Assembly (NCBI GenBank): GCA_043228905.1
Contig: JBHGNT010000007.1
Location: forward strand, 18,104,001-18,168,000
DNA from: Azolla caroliniana
Lineage: Eukaryota; Plantae; Polypodiophyta
Length of the DNA: 64,000 nucleotides
Reading direction: 5' to 3'
The position numbers were made by a program, and so were the translations under genes. Positions within the stretch are counted from its first letter, which is position 1. Every line of letters starts with the position of its first letter. The notes under the pieces were generated by a model, which saw only the letters and a list, made by a program, of their open reading frames with translations, was not told the DNA's origin and made no database searches. Shown piece by piece: positions 25,301-38,336 of this stretch.

Positions 25301-28129
25301 CCGGTTCTTAGCCGGGTGTGTCCGAATCTCATCGGAGTTCATTATCTTCTTCTCCGACTCCCAGTCCGCAAGAGTCTTGTCCTCCATGAAGATAATATCT
25401 CAACTCCGGAATACCTTCTTGTCAACCAGATCTCACACTCGGTAGCCGAACTCATCATCGCCGTATCCGAGGAATATGCATGGCCGGGTCTTTGGATCCA
25501 ACTTTCCTCTCCGGTCCTTAGCTACATGCATGTACGCAAGACACCCGAATACCTTCAGATGCTGGTAGGACACTTCCTTACCGGTCCAAACTCTCTGTGG
25601 CGTGTCTCCGTCCAAGGGTACTGAGGGTGACCTGTTTATCACATATGTCGTCGTCGATAGTGCCTCAGCCCAAAACTTCTTGGGTAATTTTACATGTGCC
25701 AGCATACTCCAGACCCTCTCCATTATGGTCCGGTTCATCCTCTCGGCCAACCCAATTGTTCCGGCGTCTATGGCACAGTAAACTCGAGCCGGATCCCCTT
25801 CGAGCGACAGTACTCCTCGAACTGCCCCCGGTATTAAACTCCGTTATCTGCTTGAACCGCCTTCAGCTTCCGGCCGGTTTCTCTTTCCACTCTCGCATGG
25901 AGCTCTTTGAAGACGGATAGCACCTGATCCTTCGTCTTCAAAGGTGTGGCCCACAGCTTCCGGTTGCGGTCATCTATGATCGTCACGAAGTACTGCGATC
26001 CTGCATGTGACTTCGTGTCCTCCTGACATATATCCGTATGCACCAACTCCAGTGGTGCATTACGTCTCATCAGTAGCCTTGGTCGGAAGAAGGTCCGGTT
26101 TTGCTTACCGGCCAGACAATCAGTGCACTTCTCCAAGTGCATGTTCTTCACTGGAATGAGGTTTTCATCTGCAAGCCTCTTCATCCCCTTCTCGCTCATG
26201 TAACACAACCTTTTGTGCCACAGCTCACTGGCAGTGTCGGATGCCACGTTCACTTCCTCTGGACATAACCGGGCATTCATCAGGTACAACGTGTTTACCT
26301 TCCAATACGGAGCCACAATCAGGCTCCCTTTGTTGAACTTCATGACACCGTTCTGAATGCTACCCATGTAGCCTGCATCATCTAGCCGAGGCTGGTATCA
26401 GGTTCAGTCGAACCTCCGGAACATGTCGGACATCTTTCAGCAACATGTTGCATCCGGTTGGTGTTGTCAACCACACGTCTCCCATGCCGACAATTCAGCA
26501 TGTACCTTCATTCCCCATCCGGACACAGCCGTGATCACCGGTTGTGTAGGATGAGAAGCATTTCCGGTTCGGGGTAAGGTGGAACGACGCTCCGGAATCG
26601 ACCACCCAGGTCATCTCGTCGTCGGCAAGGTTTAGCTCACTCTCCTCGGTGATGAGCATCAACTCTTTTTCACTTGTCGTGATTGCCATCGTTCCCTTCC
26701 AGTCTGGCCCCCTCCGGTCTTTACCATTCCGGTCCGGTGTCCACTTCGTATCGGTACCATCGTTTTCCTTGTCTTTTCGGAAATGCCGACAGTTCTTCTA
26801 GAAGTGTCCCGGCTTGCCGCAATAGAAGCAACTAGGCCTCCCCTTTGACTTTGATAGTGTCCCCGACTACTCACAGTTCTGGGGACTACGGTTCCTTTGT
26901 CTTCCGCGTTCCGATTCGGTAAGGAGCGCTTTGGAGTTGGAGCTCATATCCTTATCTTTCCGATGCACCTCCTCATCTTGCAAGCTCGACTTCACTCTTG
27001 CAAGGGATAACCATTTTCCTTCCGGCCCGGCATTGCCCAAAGTGACAACCAACGTCTCCCAACTATCTGGAAGGGAACCGAGCATGAGTAGTGCTAGTAC
27101 CTCATCGGCGAGAGGTACTTCCAATGATGTTGTCTGGTGGATCAGCCCCTGGAAGGCATTCATGTGCTCCGCCATACTAGAGCCATCTTGGTACCGGAGT
27201 CTTACTAGCTTCCGAAATACAGAAACCTGATTAACGGCATTTTTGTTCTGAAACATAATGTCGATCTTTTCCCAGAGCTCATGAGCCTTGCTCTCTTCAT
27301 TGAAATTGTTGTATAGACTCATGTAGATGAAGCACCGTATGTACGTCGTTGTCTTCATGTGCATCACCTCCCATATCGTGGCATCAATTTTGTCCGGTCT
27401 CTTGTCCCCGAACTGAACCGGCAACCAAAGATCTTTAACCACGAGCATGTCCCTCATCTTCGACTTCCACACTGAATAGTTGGAGCCGGTGAGCTTGAAT
27501 AGGCCTCCCAACGAATCATCCATTTTTTGTGTCCTTTCGCTTTGATACCACTTTGAAAGGAATACACGCTCCCTAAAAACAACGCTCGGCCAAAACCGAG
27601 TCTAGGATCAAACACAGAAAAACGGGTAATGTACACACAACATAGTAAAGAGAAGAGTACACAAGATGTTTACGTGGAAAACCCAAACTAGGGAAAAAAC
27701 ACGGCAGTCCACAGACTGCAAACTATCATTATGTTACAATATACAATAGATGAACACAGAGGCAACGACCTCTTGTTCACTGTCTTCGCTACAAGCAGCA
27801 GTTACAACAGAGACAACGTCCTCTTCGTCTCTCACTCTCTCTTTCTCTGTACACGGTTGCAATCAAATCTTGCACCAACAAGAATGACAACAACTACACA
27901 CTAAATTTGCCCTAAGTCATATTTATACTAATATGACTTTTCGGCTATTTACAAATATAGCCCCAATGGACTCTCAGAAACATATTTGCGAATATGTCCC
28001 TTCATCCGGTGAGCACTCCTCACCGAGCCTGCATCATCCGGCTCTTGCCGGGCACTCGTCATCCGGTTCTCACCGGGTCTTCCGTCGCCGGGTACTCCTA
28101 TCCCATCCTAAGGGATCTATTTCCTAACA
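22360..28129 (-). mobile_element. Copia F: Tork-like Ty1/Copia with a duplicated 3' region, inserted in the 5' LTR of E
   Basis: 5' LTR 27554-28129, 3' LTR 22360-22983, and an extra partial LTR at about 23454-23743. TSD TCTTT (22355-22359 / 28130-28134). PBS TGGTATCAAAGC at 27539-27550. PPT GAGTGAAGGGGGAGTT occurs twice. Confidence 0.92.
22984..27523 (-). pseudogene. Copia F gag-pol (fragmented)
   Basis: gag 26867-27523, WVVDSGASFH, integrase 25433-26367, RT QLDVKTTFLHG and LYVDDML, RNase H STSGY...STTEAEY (twice). Deletion at the INT-RT junction near 25135. Confidence 0.9.
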
Positions 28130-28244
28130 TCTTTCTCATGCTCCTTGGTTCAGGGCCCCCGCGGTCCCGCCTCATTTCACACACGAGAGCGTAACAACAC
28201 AACATAATCGGGTGAACCCAACATGAAAGAAGGCGGCAAAGGAG

Positions 28245-30215
28245 TTGAAGATAAGGGGATCCAAGCTTGCTGAAGCTATGGCAGTAGCCGTCGACGGGCT
28301 AGTGAGTGCTCGTGAGGGAACGGGTGCCCTTGATAGGGTCGTAGAATCGATTGTCGGCACCATAGGCCGATTCGGTGGGAAGAATGCCACAAGCTATTTG
28401 GAGGCCTATCGGGCTGAAATGATCATGAGGGACATCCCGGGAGAACAAACGGTTTTCTGGATTCCTTGGAGTGGTGACGCCGAGCATCCACGCGGAGGTG
28501 CTCGAGGTGTTGGCGAGAGGCCAGGCTTGGGTGGAGCTCAAGGGGCGGCTCCTCAAGAAGTATGGGTACGAAGATTCACTTCGGTTGTCGAAGCGGGACT
28601 TCATGGCTTGGGTCAAGAGCCCTAGAAAGGGGAGGAATGCATCAGTGTTCCTCTAGGAATTCGAACAACGATTCGCTAGGCTGTCGGCGCTGGATAGGAC
28701 TGTGCTCGACACGAGCAGGGTCTTGTTGTTCGTCAAGTCGGTGCACACGCTGCATTAGGAGAAGGTGGCTCTCCTATTGGACATGGATGATGGCCTCATG
28801 GCTGACTGGGTCGTGGTCAAAGGGGTCTGCGCCTACTTTGACAGACGGTGCAAGTGGAGCGATGAGGGCTCAACGGCGTCGGGGCTGGTCCCGGCGAGGA
28901 AGCTCAAGGAGCCGGTATTGGTGCCAGTTGGGAAGGAAGAGACTCGGAATTGGCTCGAGACAGGCCCAACCTCGAGCGGAGTGGTCCGAGGCTCTTCCGG
29001 AGGAGCGGCTCTAGAAGAGTTGACGCAAATGGTGCACGACCTCCAGATCACACAAGCACAGAGGGACAACGGTGATCAACATCGTGACCGGAAGCCGCTG
29101 ACGGGGCAGCGATGCATGTGGTGTGACGCGGTCGGTCACATCCAAAAAGAATGCACGGATTCAGCTAAGGCACTCCGGGCCAACGTGGTGTACCTTTGGA
29201 ATGGGAGGGTGCATGTCGGCGACACGCGGAAAGCCCTAGAGTTGAACACCGGGTGCGGCAGGATGAAGCGCTTGATGGAAGAAGCCGTTGCGCGACATGC
29301 AGAGGCCATCCACTACTCCGCGTCGGCGGGTATCCGGGTCGGGGCGACGAGGTCCGGAAGGCGAAAGACTCCGGATTCTGGCCGCTGGTGCTCGAAGGCC
29401 TCTCCGGGGTAAGGCTAAAGAAGGAGGAGGCGAACCGCACGAAACAGCGGATCCGGGAGGTCACCGAATGGGACGATCCGATTGAAGAAAAGACTGGCTT
29501 AGTGGAAGCCACATGCCAGAACTACAAGGTTCTGGTAGAAGACAAGCGTGTTCCCCTACAGCGGTACGAGACCTGGTTCGGACTAAAGTAGAACGATGCC
29601 GGCAATAGCGGGGTGCCGGATAAAACGAAACAGGCCGGTTACCGGCTGAGCACGGAGATTGAGAGGTCAATGGAACTGCGGAAGGTCCTCGAGGAGCGGA
29701 TTCTCGACAGCAAGGTGGAGTTGTCGCGAAGGGAGGTGCTTGGAATCACCAAGAAGGAGTTCCAGGACTCCATTGTGGACTTAGTGAAGTGAAAGCGGCT
29801 CTCGACGGAACCGGAGCCGGAGAAGCCCGTGGAGATGCGGACGACACAACTAGAAGACACAACCCTCGAGGATGAGTTGGCGGATAGCTACTACACCAAG
29901 CCGCATTGGGCAAGAGCCACTACGGAGACCCCAGTCTAAGTTGGGGACGTGTAGGAGCCGGTGGTGGCATTGATAGACCACGGCTCAGGGATCAACCTGA
30001 TGTCCATGGACTTCTACAAAAAGGGGAAGTGGCTGATCAACACCAAGCACAGGTGGAAGATACGCGAGGCAACACGCACTACGGAGGAGCTGCATGGTGC
30101 GTGCCCGAATGTACGCGTAAAGATCGGCAACGTTGAGATAGATCAACACTTCTTTGTGCAAGAGGCCTCCTCGCACCCGGTGATACTCGGCAAGCCATAC
30201 ATTATGGTGGCACGG
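28245..30215 (+). pseudogene. Gypsy E gag-protease remnant (resumes 37207-37270; integrase tail at 38337-38643)
   Basis: Homologous to H gag-PR: GRFGGKNATSYLEAY, CMWCDAVGHIQKEC, LIDHGSGINLM. The tail reads RLRPKKIEEGDWVLL...FGPY. Confidence 0.88.
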
Positions 30216-30921
30216 TGTCTTGGTATTCCTCGTGGATGCGTGGAATGAGGTGGGGCCTCGGGGGTCTTGTACCGAAGAGCAAGAGACAAAGGAGAAGGGA
30301 ATGGACCCACTACGTGTGGGCGTAGATTCACAGGGGCACGGCCCTTCGACACAAAGACGCGAGTGGGACACCGACGCAGAGAGACATGAATGTATGTATA
30401 TATATATTAACAAGGACAAACAACAAGAAGCACGAAGTCGGTTACAACCGAACAGGCCGGCGAACAGATGCCGATGCCTATTCGTAAACGCTCAGAAAGA
30501 AAGGAGTAGGTTGGAGGTGCTGCCGGAAGCACTCGGGCATTCCTCAGAGCAGCGCGAGCCTCCCGAAACCTGCACCGAAAGAAGCTACCGAGTATGGAAG
30601 AGGGAGAAGCCTTCTGCCGACAACCCGACAGCACTTCGTCCTCTCTCACCGCGATCCCTTCCTCTTCCCCGTCTCCCTTCTTTTATAGGCAAGAAAGGAG
30701 CCGTTTCCCCATTAACTTCCTACCTACCGAATCTACCTACCTAGGATTTTCTATGTACCTAATTCTCTCATAAGTCTTACGTGCATGAAGAGCCGGTTCC
30801 TACGCTCCGGTGCACCGATTCCGCTTGTGGACGGTTTTCTTCACGACATCCGCCCCCACCTAACCGCGCATCCACCGGCATGCGCCAAATTGAGTTGGGA
30901 TGGAGAAAACCGGTCTAGCCT

Positions 30922-33900
30922 TCATTCCCCGCCCGTCGGTTCTTCCTCGGTTCCGGATCGTTTGTCGTCGTGGTCCAGGTTAACCGGATCCGGCTCGTCG
31001 TCGTGACGCTTCTTGAACGCTTTGATCCGTTTCCCAGCTACCGGTATCGCCATTCTCGTGCCGTCGAGTTCCGCTAGATGGTACGTCCCGTTGTTGTTGG
31101 CACTTTGTACCACGTAAGGCCCGAACCACCTTCTTGCGAACTTCCGTGTCACTCGGTGCTGGTTGTCGAGGCTGCTGTCGTAGACTAGCACCCAGTCGCC
31201 TTCCTCAATCTTCTTCGGTCAGAGCCGGTGCGTCCGGTCGAACCGGGCTTTGTTCCTCGTCCTTGCCACCCGAAGCTTTCCCGCAGCCTGCTCCACGTCC
31301 TCCGGTCTTCGCTCGAGCTGTCGTATGCGCACCACCAACAGTTCCTCTCGGCTCATCTCGTCTCTCCAGTCCACGGTTGCCCATGAGGAGATCGTACGTT
31401 CCATCGGCATGATCGGCGTCTGCCCAAACATGAGCTCTGCCGGCATGAATCCGGTTACCGAATTGTGCGTAGTTCGGTCAGCCCACAACGCGTAAGGCAG
31501 CAGCCGCGGCCAGTTCCCGACTTGCCCTCCGCATGCCCGAACTAACGCCTTGATGATCGGTCCATGTCCGCGCTCCACCTTCCCATTCGCCTCCAGATTG
31601 TACGTAGTGGTAAGCGAGAGCTTGACTCCTAGCCGGTCGAACAGCTCCTCGACCTCTTCGGCGTCCAACTCCCCGCGATCAGCCACGATCTTCCCGATGC
31701 ACCCGTACCGGCATATCACGTCCTCGATCAGGAACCGACATACGGCCGCGGTCGTTTTGTTCTGAAGGGCTCGGCCTTCCACCTGGTTCGTCAGATCTTC
31801 CCGAGCCAGGACCAGATACCGCATCTGTCCCATTCCCATCGGCATCGTCACCAGATCTACCATCCATTTGAAGTGGATGGTTGGAGGGTACATAGGGTGA
31901 AGCTCGTCCCGATGTCGTACTATGGAGTGCATCTGACAGCTCTCGCAAGTTGTCACGAACCGATGCACGTCCCGGTATAGTCCCGGCCACCAGTACTTCC
32001 CCTTTATCTTCTCGAACGTGGCCCATGTTCCGCGGTGTCCAACCCAAGGGCTGTCGTGGTAGGCCGTCAGCAGCTCCTCCTGTTCTTCCTTCATTGCCAC
32101 CACCCGGAGCGGGACGTCGTTCCTCTTCTTCGGATGCTTCCATAAGTATCCGTCCCGGAGAAAGAATCGGTATGCTTTCTTCCGGATCCGGTTGGTCTCA
32201 TCCCTCGTCCATGACGCATCTGGCGTCATTGTCCTCAAGAAACCACCGATATGTAGCCACTCGCCGTCGTACTTGCTCACAACGAAGCCGTTCAGCGCCG
32301 GAGTGCCCGTCCCATCGGTCGTCACATACGCTGCCTCGAAGAAGTCCACACCGACTTCTTCGTCCTCCGAAACCATGCTGCCCTTGTCATCAAACCTCGC
32401 CCTCGAAAGCATGTCGGCCATGGCGTTGTCCTTTCCGGAAATGTGTCGTATTTCCGGGTCCAGGGACTTGATGTACGCTATCCACCTTAGCATCGCCAGG
32501 TCCGGTGTCGTGCATCCGGAAACCATGCCGAGGATTGGCAGGCAATCCGTCTCGATAATCACTTCTGTCCCGATCAGGTAGTCTTTGTCGGCCTTTACTG
32601 CCGAAACGATACCCCAGAGTTCACGTTTTACCTGGGCGTACCCTCGTTGTCGCTCACTGAAGACCTTCGCGCCGAATCGGATCGGGAACCGAATGCCGTC
32701 CTCGTCTTCTTGGTTGACGACCCATCCGATCCCGGTCGGACTCGTATCCACCGTTATGTATACCGGGGTACCCTTCTCGTAGACAGCCTTCCGGAGCGCC
32801 GGTGCTGCCGCAAGAGCTTCCTTCAGCTTCCGGACCGACTCCGTGTGCTCGTCTCGCCACTCGAATTTTCGCCCCTTCTTCAGCAACCCGTGTAGCGGTT
32901 CCACAACGTGGGCGTAATGCGGGATCCATATGTGGTAGAATGCGCATGCCCCCAGGAACCTCCGAACCTCCGTAACCGAGCTACAGTCGGTCTTCATCGC
33001 GGAGATGGCTTCTACCTTTGCCGGAGACGCCTTCCGGCCATATGGTCCACACAGGTGTCCGACAACTAGGACTTCTGATTGCCCGAAGGCCGATTTCTCC
33101 CCGGAGAAGGTGAGCCTCGCATCCTCTAACCTTTGTAGCACCTTCTCGCAGTCGTCGATGTGTGTTGCCACGAATCGCCGACATCCGTCCGGCCCGAGTG
33201 TCCCATCCTTCTCTTCCACCAGGCACCCTTTGATCGGAATGTCGTCTAGAAATGGCATGGTGATGTTCGGGATGCAATCCCTCAGTACCTTGTTCATTGC
33301 ATTTACCATGTGGGCCACCGAGTTGGTCCCTCCTTGTGGCAGGGTACACATTCGCACTAGGCCGAGGGGAGTTCGCATCGTCGTAATCTCTCTGCTCTCC
33401 ACGGCTAGCTGGAACTGGTCGTACCCCATGTACAGATCACCGACCGAATAAATCGACCTTCCGGCAAAGGCCTCCGCGAACTCGTCTATGGTCGGTCCGA
33501 TTCCTGCGTTCCGAATGGTCACTCTGTTGACCGGCTGCAGGTCTTGAATGAAGCACAATGTTTCGTTTTTCTTTGGTACGGTAAACCATCGGTTCGAGTA
33601 TGGGGCACTTGACGGTTCGAGAATGCCCATATCGACTTTTTGCCTCAATAGCTCCATCAACTTCGGGATGTGAGCTCTCGGTACTGGAATCGGCTTGAGA
33701 TTCCACGGTACATGCGGTACCGTGAATATCACCATCGGCTCCACGATTGTCGGATCTACGCACCCGATCTCTTCTGGGGCTTTCCCGTGCCTTCCGAGCA
33801 TCCTCCGAAACCGGTCTTCCTCCGCCGGCAGTAGGAACCCGCCCCCACCTATTTTGAGCTCCTGGAGCGTCCCGTCGGTGAAGGTGTGTCCTATGCGGAC

Positions 33901-34413
33901 CGGATCTCGTAAACTGGGGTCTGACGCAACCCCTCTGATTCGGGATTCGCTGCCCTCCGGTAAGGGTGCCGCAACTGGCCTTACCTTCCAGTCCATAGTC
34001 TTGTACTTCGTGCTAACTCGGGCCGTCCGATCCGACTCGAGCCCCTGACTGAAGTTCGTGATGACTTCGTACATCTCTTCGGAACATACCGGTATCGTCC
34101 GGTCTTTGTTAAGGTCTTCTCCGGCTACCTTCCTCAGCATCCCCAAAGTGTCGTCGAAGGAGACCGCCTCCACGGCTCCGCTGATTTCCTCGTCCGGGCC
34201 GAGAACTCCGCACGCTCGAAGTTGCACTTCCGCCCTTGCCTTTTCTCGGCCAACGATGCCGACTATCATACACCCTCCGTTGTTGGAGAAGCAAAATTTT
34301 TTACTTATCGTACAGGGTTTCTTCGGTTTCGGTTCTATCGTACAGCTGTGGGGTCTTTCTCGAGTGTCCGGACTGTCTCGGCCCCACACCTTGGCAGCCC
34401 TCTCTAAAAATCC
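30922..34413 (-). pseudogene. Gypsy H RT-RNaseH-integrase
   Basis: 1056-aa ORF 31219-34389 (FLDD, VDTSPTGIG, HRGTWATF, DRGE) continuing in frame past one TGA into 30922-31191 (WFGPY). Confidence 0.93.
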
Positions 34414-36530
34414 TCCCGGTTCTCGCCACTGAAGGATTCGCGGTTTCGCTCGTGGTTCGGTCGCACCGTCAGAAATTGGACCGAATGGCGCCCGTCTTGG
34501 CTTTTGACCCTCGCGTAGGCGAAACCGTTGTCTAGCACCTTGGTCTCCATCCGCGCCGCCGTGATGTATGGTTCCCCTAATATGACCGGGTGCGAGGACG
34601 TTTCCTGTACGAAGAAGTGCTGGTTAATCTCGACGTCGCCGATCTTGACTCGCACGTTCGGGCAGGCCCCGTGCAGTTCCTCGGTGGCGCGCGTTGCCGC
34701 CCGTATCTTCCATCTGTGCTTGGTGTTGATCGGCCACTTTCCCTTCTTATAGAAGTCCATGGACATCAGGTTTATTTCCGAACCGTGGTCCACCAGTGCC
34801 ACCACCGGTTCCTGAACATCTCCGATCTTTACCGGGGTCTCCGTGGTTGCTCGGGCCCAGTGTGGCCTCGAATAGTGGCTCTCCGCCCACTCATCTTCCA
34901 GCGCCAAGTCGTTGATGTGCGTCGTCCGCACCTCCACCGGTCTTTCCGGTTCCGTCTCCGTCGACAGCCTCTTCCGCTTCACCAAGTCCACAATGGAGTC
35001 GTGGAACTCCTTCTTAGCGATCCCTAGCACCTCCCGCAATGACAGCTCCACTTTGCTGTCGAGGATCCGTTCTTCTAGGACCTTTCGTAGGTCCGTGGCC
35101 CTCTCTATTTCCGTCCCCAGTCGGTATCCGCCCTTCCTAGGGTTATCTTGCGCGTTGGACCCACCGGCTTCGTTCCGTCGTTGCCCGAATTGGATCTCGT
35201 ATCGTTGTGAGGGCCCGGCCGCTCCGGCTTTCCCCACTCATTTGTCTTCTACCAGAGCCTCGTAGTTCTAGCAAGCGGCTTCTACGAAGCCCGTCTTCTC
35301 CTCGACCGGGTTGCTCCACCCGGTTATTTCCCGGACCCGTCTCTCATCGCAATCCGCTTCATCTTCCCTCAGTTGTGCACCGGCGAGGCCTTCCAGCATT
35401 GCCGACCAGAATCCGTCTTTGCTCTCCTTTCGGGCCTCGCTGCCCCCAACCCGAATACCGGCCGACGCCGAGTAGTGGATGGTCTCCACGTATCGGGTCG
35501 CTGCCTCTTCCATCAGTCTCTTCATACCTCCTCGCCCGTCGTTCCGGTTTAGGGCCCTTCTGGTATCGCCGGCGTGCACCCGGCCTTCCCATAGGTACAC
35601 CACCCGGTTTCTCAACGCCTCTGCGAAATCGCCGCAGTCCTTCCGAATGTGGCCGACCTCGTCGCACCACATGCACCTGTTCCCTGCTGCCGGCCGTCGG
35701 TCACGAGCCGATTCGTCGCCTTCCCTTCGAGCCTGGGCGATCGGGAGTTCCTTTATCGCCCGCGTCAACTCCTCCAGCGCCGCTCCTCCGGACGAGCCAT
35801 TGACCACGCCGGTCGAAGCCGAACCGGTTTCGAGCCACTCCCGGGTCTCTTCCCTTCGCCCTTGCGGTGCCGGTTCAAGCCTCCTTATTGTGACAGAGCC
35901 CGCACCGGCCACCCCGTTATCAGCCCATTCTCATCGTTTGTCAAAACGGCCACAGACTCTCTTAACCATAGCCCAGTTGGTCGTCAGCCCGTCTTCGGTT
36001 TCCAGCAAGGAGCCGACTTGATCCTGGTCCCGCTCGTCCACTGACTTGACGAACAGTAGGACCCGGCTCGTGTCCAGAATGGTTCGGTCAAGCGCCGAAA
36101 GGCGCGCAAAGCGTTCTTCAAACTCCCGGAGGAGTGCCGACGCGTTTATTCCCTTGCCGGGGGCCTCCACCCATTCCATGAAGTCCCTTTTCGAAAGCCG
36201 GAGCGCGTCGTCCAACCCATATTTTTCTAGGAGTCGGCCTTCGAACTCCTCCCAGGTACGGCTCTCCGTCCGCACCTCGAGCACCTCCGCACGGATGCTC
36301 GGCATCGCCACTCGAGGGAACCCGGCAAGACGCCTCTCTTCCGGAATGTCCCGCATCAGCATTTCTGCCCCGTAGGACGCCAAATACTTTGTGGCATCCT
36401 TTCCGCTGAATCGGCCGATCGTACTAACAACCGCCTCAATGGCTCTATCGAGGGCACCGGTGCCCTCGCGTGTGCTCAATATCCGATCCACGGCCGAAGC
36501 CATGGCCTCTGCAAGATCCGACCCCCTCAT
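34404..36530 (-). pseudogene. Gypsy H gag-protease
   Basis: Three same-frame ORF pieces separated by TGA/TAG. CMWCDEVGHIRKDC and LVDHGSEINLM. Ends G GAT TTT TAG. Confidence 0.9.
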
Positions 36531-37252
36531 CTTCTGCTCTTCTGCCGCCTCTTTCACGTCGGGTTCACCAAGATGTCGTGGTATTCCTCGTGGATGCGTG
36601 GAATGAGGCGGGGCCTCGGGGGTCTTGTAACGAAGAGCAAGAGACAAAGGAGAAGGGAAGGGACCCACTACGTGTGGGCGTAGATTCACAGGGGCACGGC
36701 CCTTCGACACAAAGACGCGAGTGGGACACCGACGCAGAGAGACACGAATGTATGTGTATATATATTAACAAGGACAAACAACAAGAAGCACGAAGTCGGT
36801 TACAACCGAACAGGCCGGCGAACAGATGCCGATGCCTGTTCGTAAACGCTCAGAAAGAAAGGAGTAGGTTGGAGGTGCTGCCGGAAGCACTCGGGCATTC
36901 CTCAGAGCAGCGCGAGCCTCCCGAAACCTGCACCGAAAGAAGCTACCGAGTATGGAAGAGGGAGAAGCCTTCTGCCGACAACCCGACAGCACTTCGTCCT
37001 CTCTCACCGCGATCCCTTCCTCTTCCCCGTCTCCCTTCTTTTATAGGCAAGAAAGGAGCCGTTTCCCCATTAACTTCCTACCTACCGAATCTACCTACCT
37101 AGGATCTTCTATGTACCTAATTCTCTCATAAGTCGTACGTGCATGAAGAGCCGGTTCCTACGCTCCGGTACACCGATTCCGCTTGTGGACGGTTTTCTTC
37201 ATGACAACGGATGGAAACGAAGGTGCTTGACAACGGATCGGCATACACACTG

Positions 37253-37340
37253 GTGAAGAGCCAAGACGGACAATGTGAAGAGCCAGGACGGACAGCGTGA
37301 AGAGCCAAGACGGATAGCGTGAAGAGCCAGGACGGACAAC
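37253..37340 (+). repeat. 4 x 22-bp tandem repeat at the deletion junction in E
   Basis: GTGAAGAGCCARGACGGAYARY repeated four times. The unit matches the VKSQDG codons at the end of the protease region. Confidence 0.85.
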
Positions 37341-38336
37341 AAAACCGGAACCGGAACCGGCAAGCAAACCGGAAACGGAATCGGCCGGCAAGCAAAACCG
37401 GAACCAGCCGGCAAGCAAAATGGAACCGGCCGGCGAGGGATTCAGCGATCGGGCGGAACCGGCTACCGGACGAGGTTGGACACGGACGGACGGAAGATTG
37501 GATCATGCAACAAACTAAAGTAAAGTGAAGAGAACTAAAGTAAAGGCCATGTGGACGCAAGCAACTAAAGTTGGAGTGCATGCAAAAAGTAAAGGTCATG
37601 TGGACGGTCACATGCAACTAAACGAAAAAGCCATGCCACTAAAAATAGATGCAACTAAAAGTAGAGGCCATGCAACAAAAAGTGGACATGCAGATGATCA
37701 AGGGAGAACTCCATATAAAATTCCATTTTTTTTCCTACACTCAGGCTCTCTCCATATTATATTGTTTTTCTTTTCCTTCTCGGCTCCCCCATCTTGTCGA
37801 AGCCATATCTCTCAAGTAAACCCTAATTTCCTTACGGAAGCCATATCTTACTCATAACCCTAAATTTCCATACGGAAGCTATTCAACTCATAAAACCATA
37901 ATCTCTTATCAAAACCAAAAACCCTAATTTTCTATAGAATTCATATCTTAATTTCCTCTAATCTATTACTCTAGCCATCTCCATTAGCAAACTTTTTGTA
38001 ATCCCAATCTTGGGATTAATTGTAATCTGTCTTTCTACTTGTTAATGAAATTTATTAATCTTTCTCATTTCGGTTAATTCTTAGTACATAAATACACGAA
38101 TCATAATCTCTTATTTCCTCTAATCTATTATTCTAGTAATTTCCTTAAGATAAAACTTTTGTAATCCCAATCTTGGGATTTATTGTAATTTTTCTTTTCT
38201 ATTTATTAATGAAATTTGTCAATCTTTCTCATTTTCCATTAATTGTATAATATAAACATACGTATTTGATATCTTCCAGTCGGAGGCCCCGGGGTCCTCC
38301 CTCAAGTTCATGTATCCTCGTCGTATTTCCGCGACA
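37341..38336 (+). mobile_element. Orphan 5'-truncated LTR K of a further Trp-lineage family
   Basis: Ends ...TTTCCGCGACA followed by CCGG and then the E integrase tail. Has a U5-type motif GGCCCCGGGGTCCTCCCTCA, a TATA-like box near 37713 and an internal duplication of about 120 bp. Confidence 0.65.

Larger units (their letters stand above)
30216..37206 (-). mobile_element. Gypsy H: full-length Trp-primed Gypsy inserted into the protease region of E
   Basis: 633-bp LTRs at 36574-37206 (5') and 30216-30848 (3'). Perfect 4-bp TSD ACGG, and removal restores VARMETKVLDNG. PBS-Trp at 36553-36570. Confidence 0.95.

Noticed and set aside
36470-37102. 210-aa and 174-aa antisense ORFs (also 30220-30744)
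   Set aside because: They lie within the two GC-rich LTRs of H, and the duplication simply reflects LTR identity. No recognisable domain.
37817-37930. Interstitial telomere (AAACCCTAA motifs)
   Set aside because: Only three dispersed copies inside an LTR. At most these are telo-box-like cis elements.
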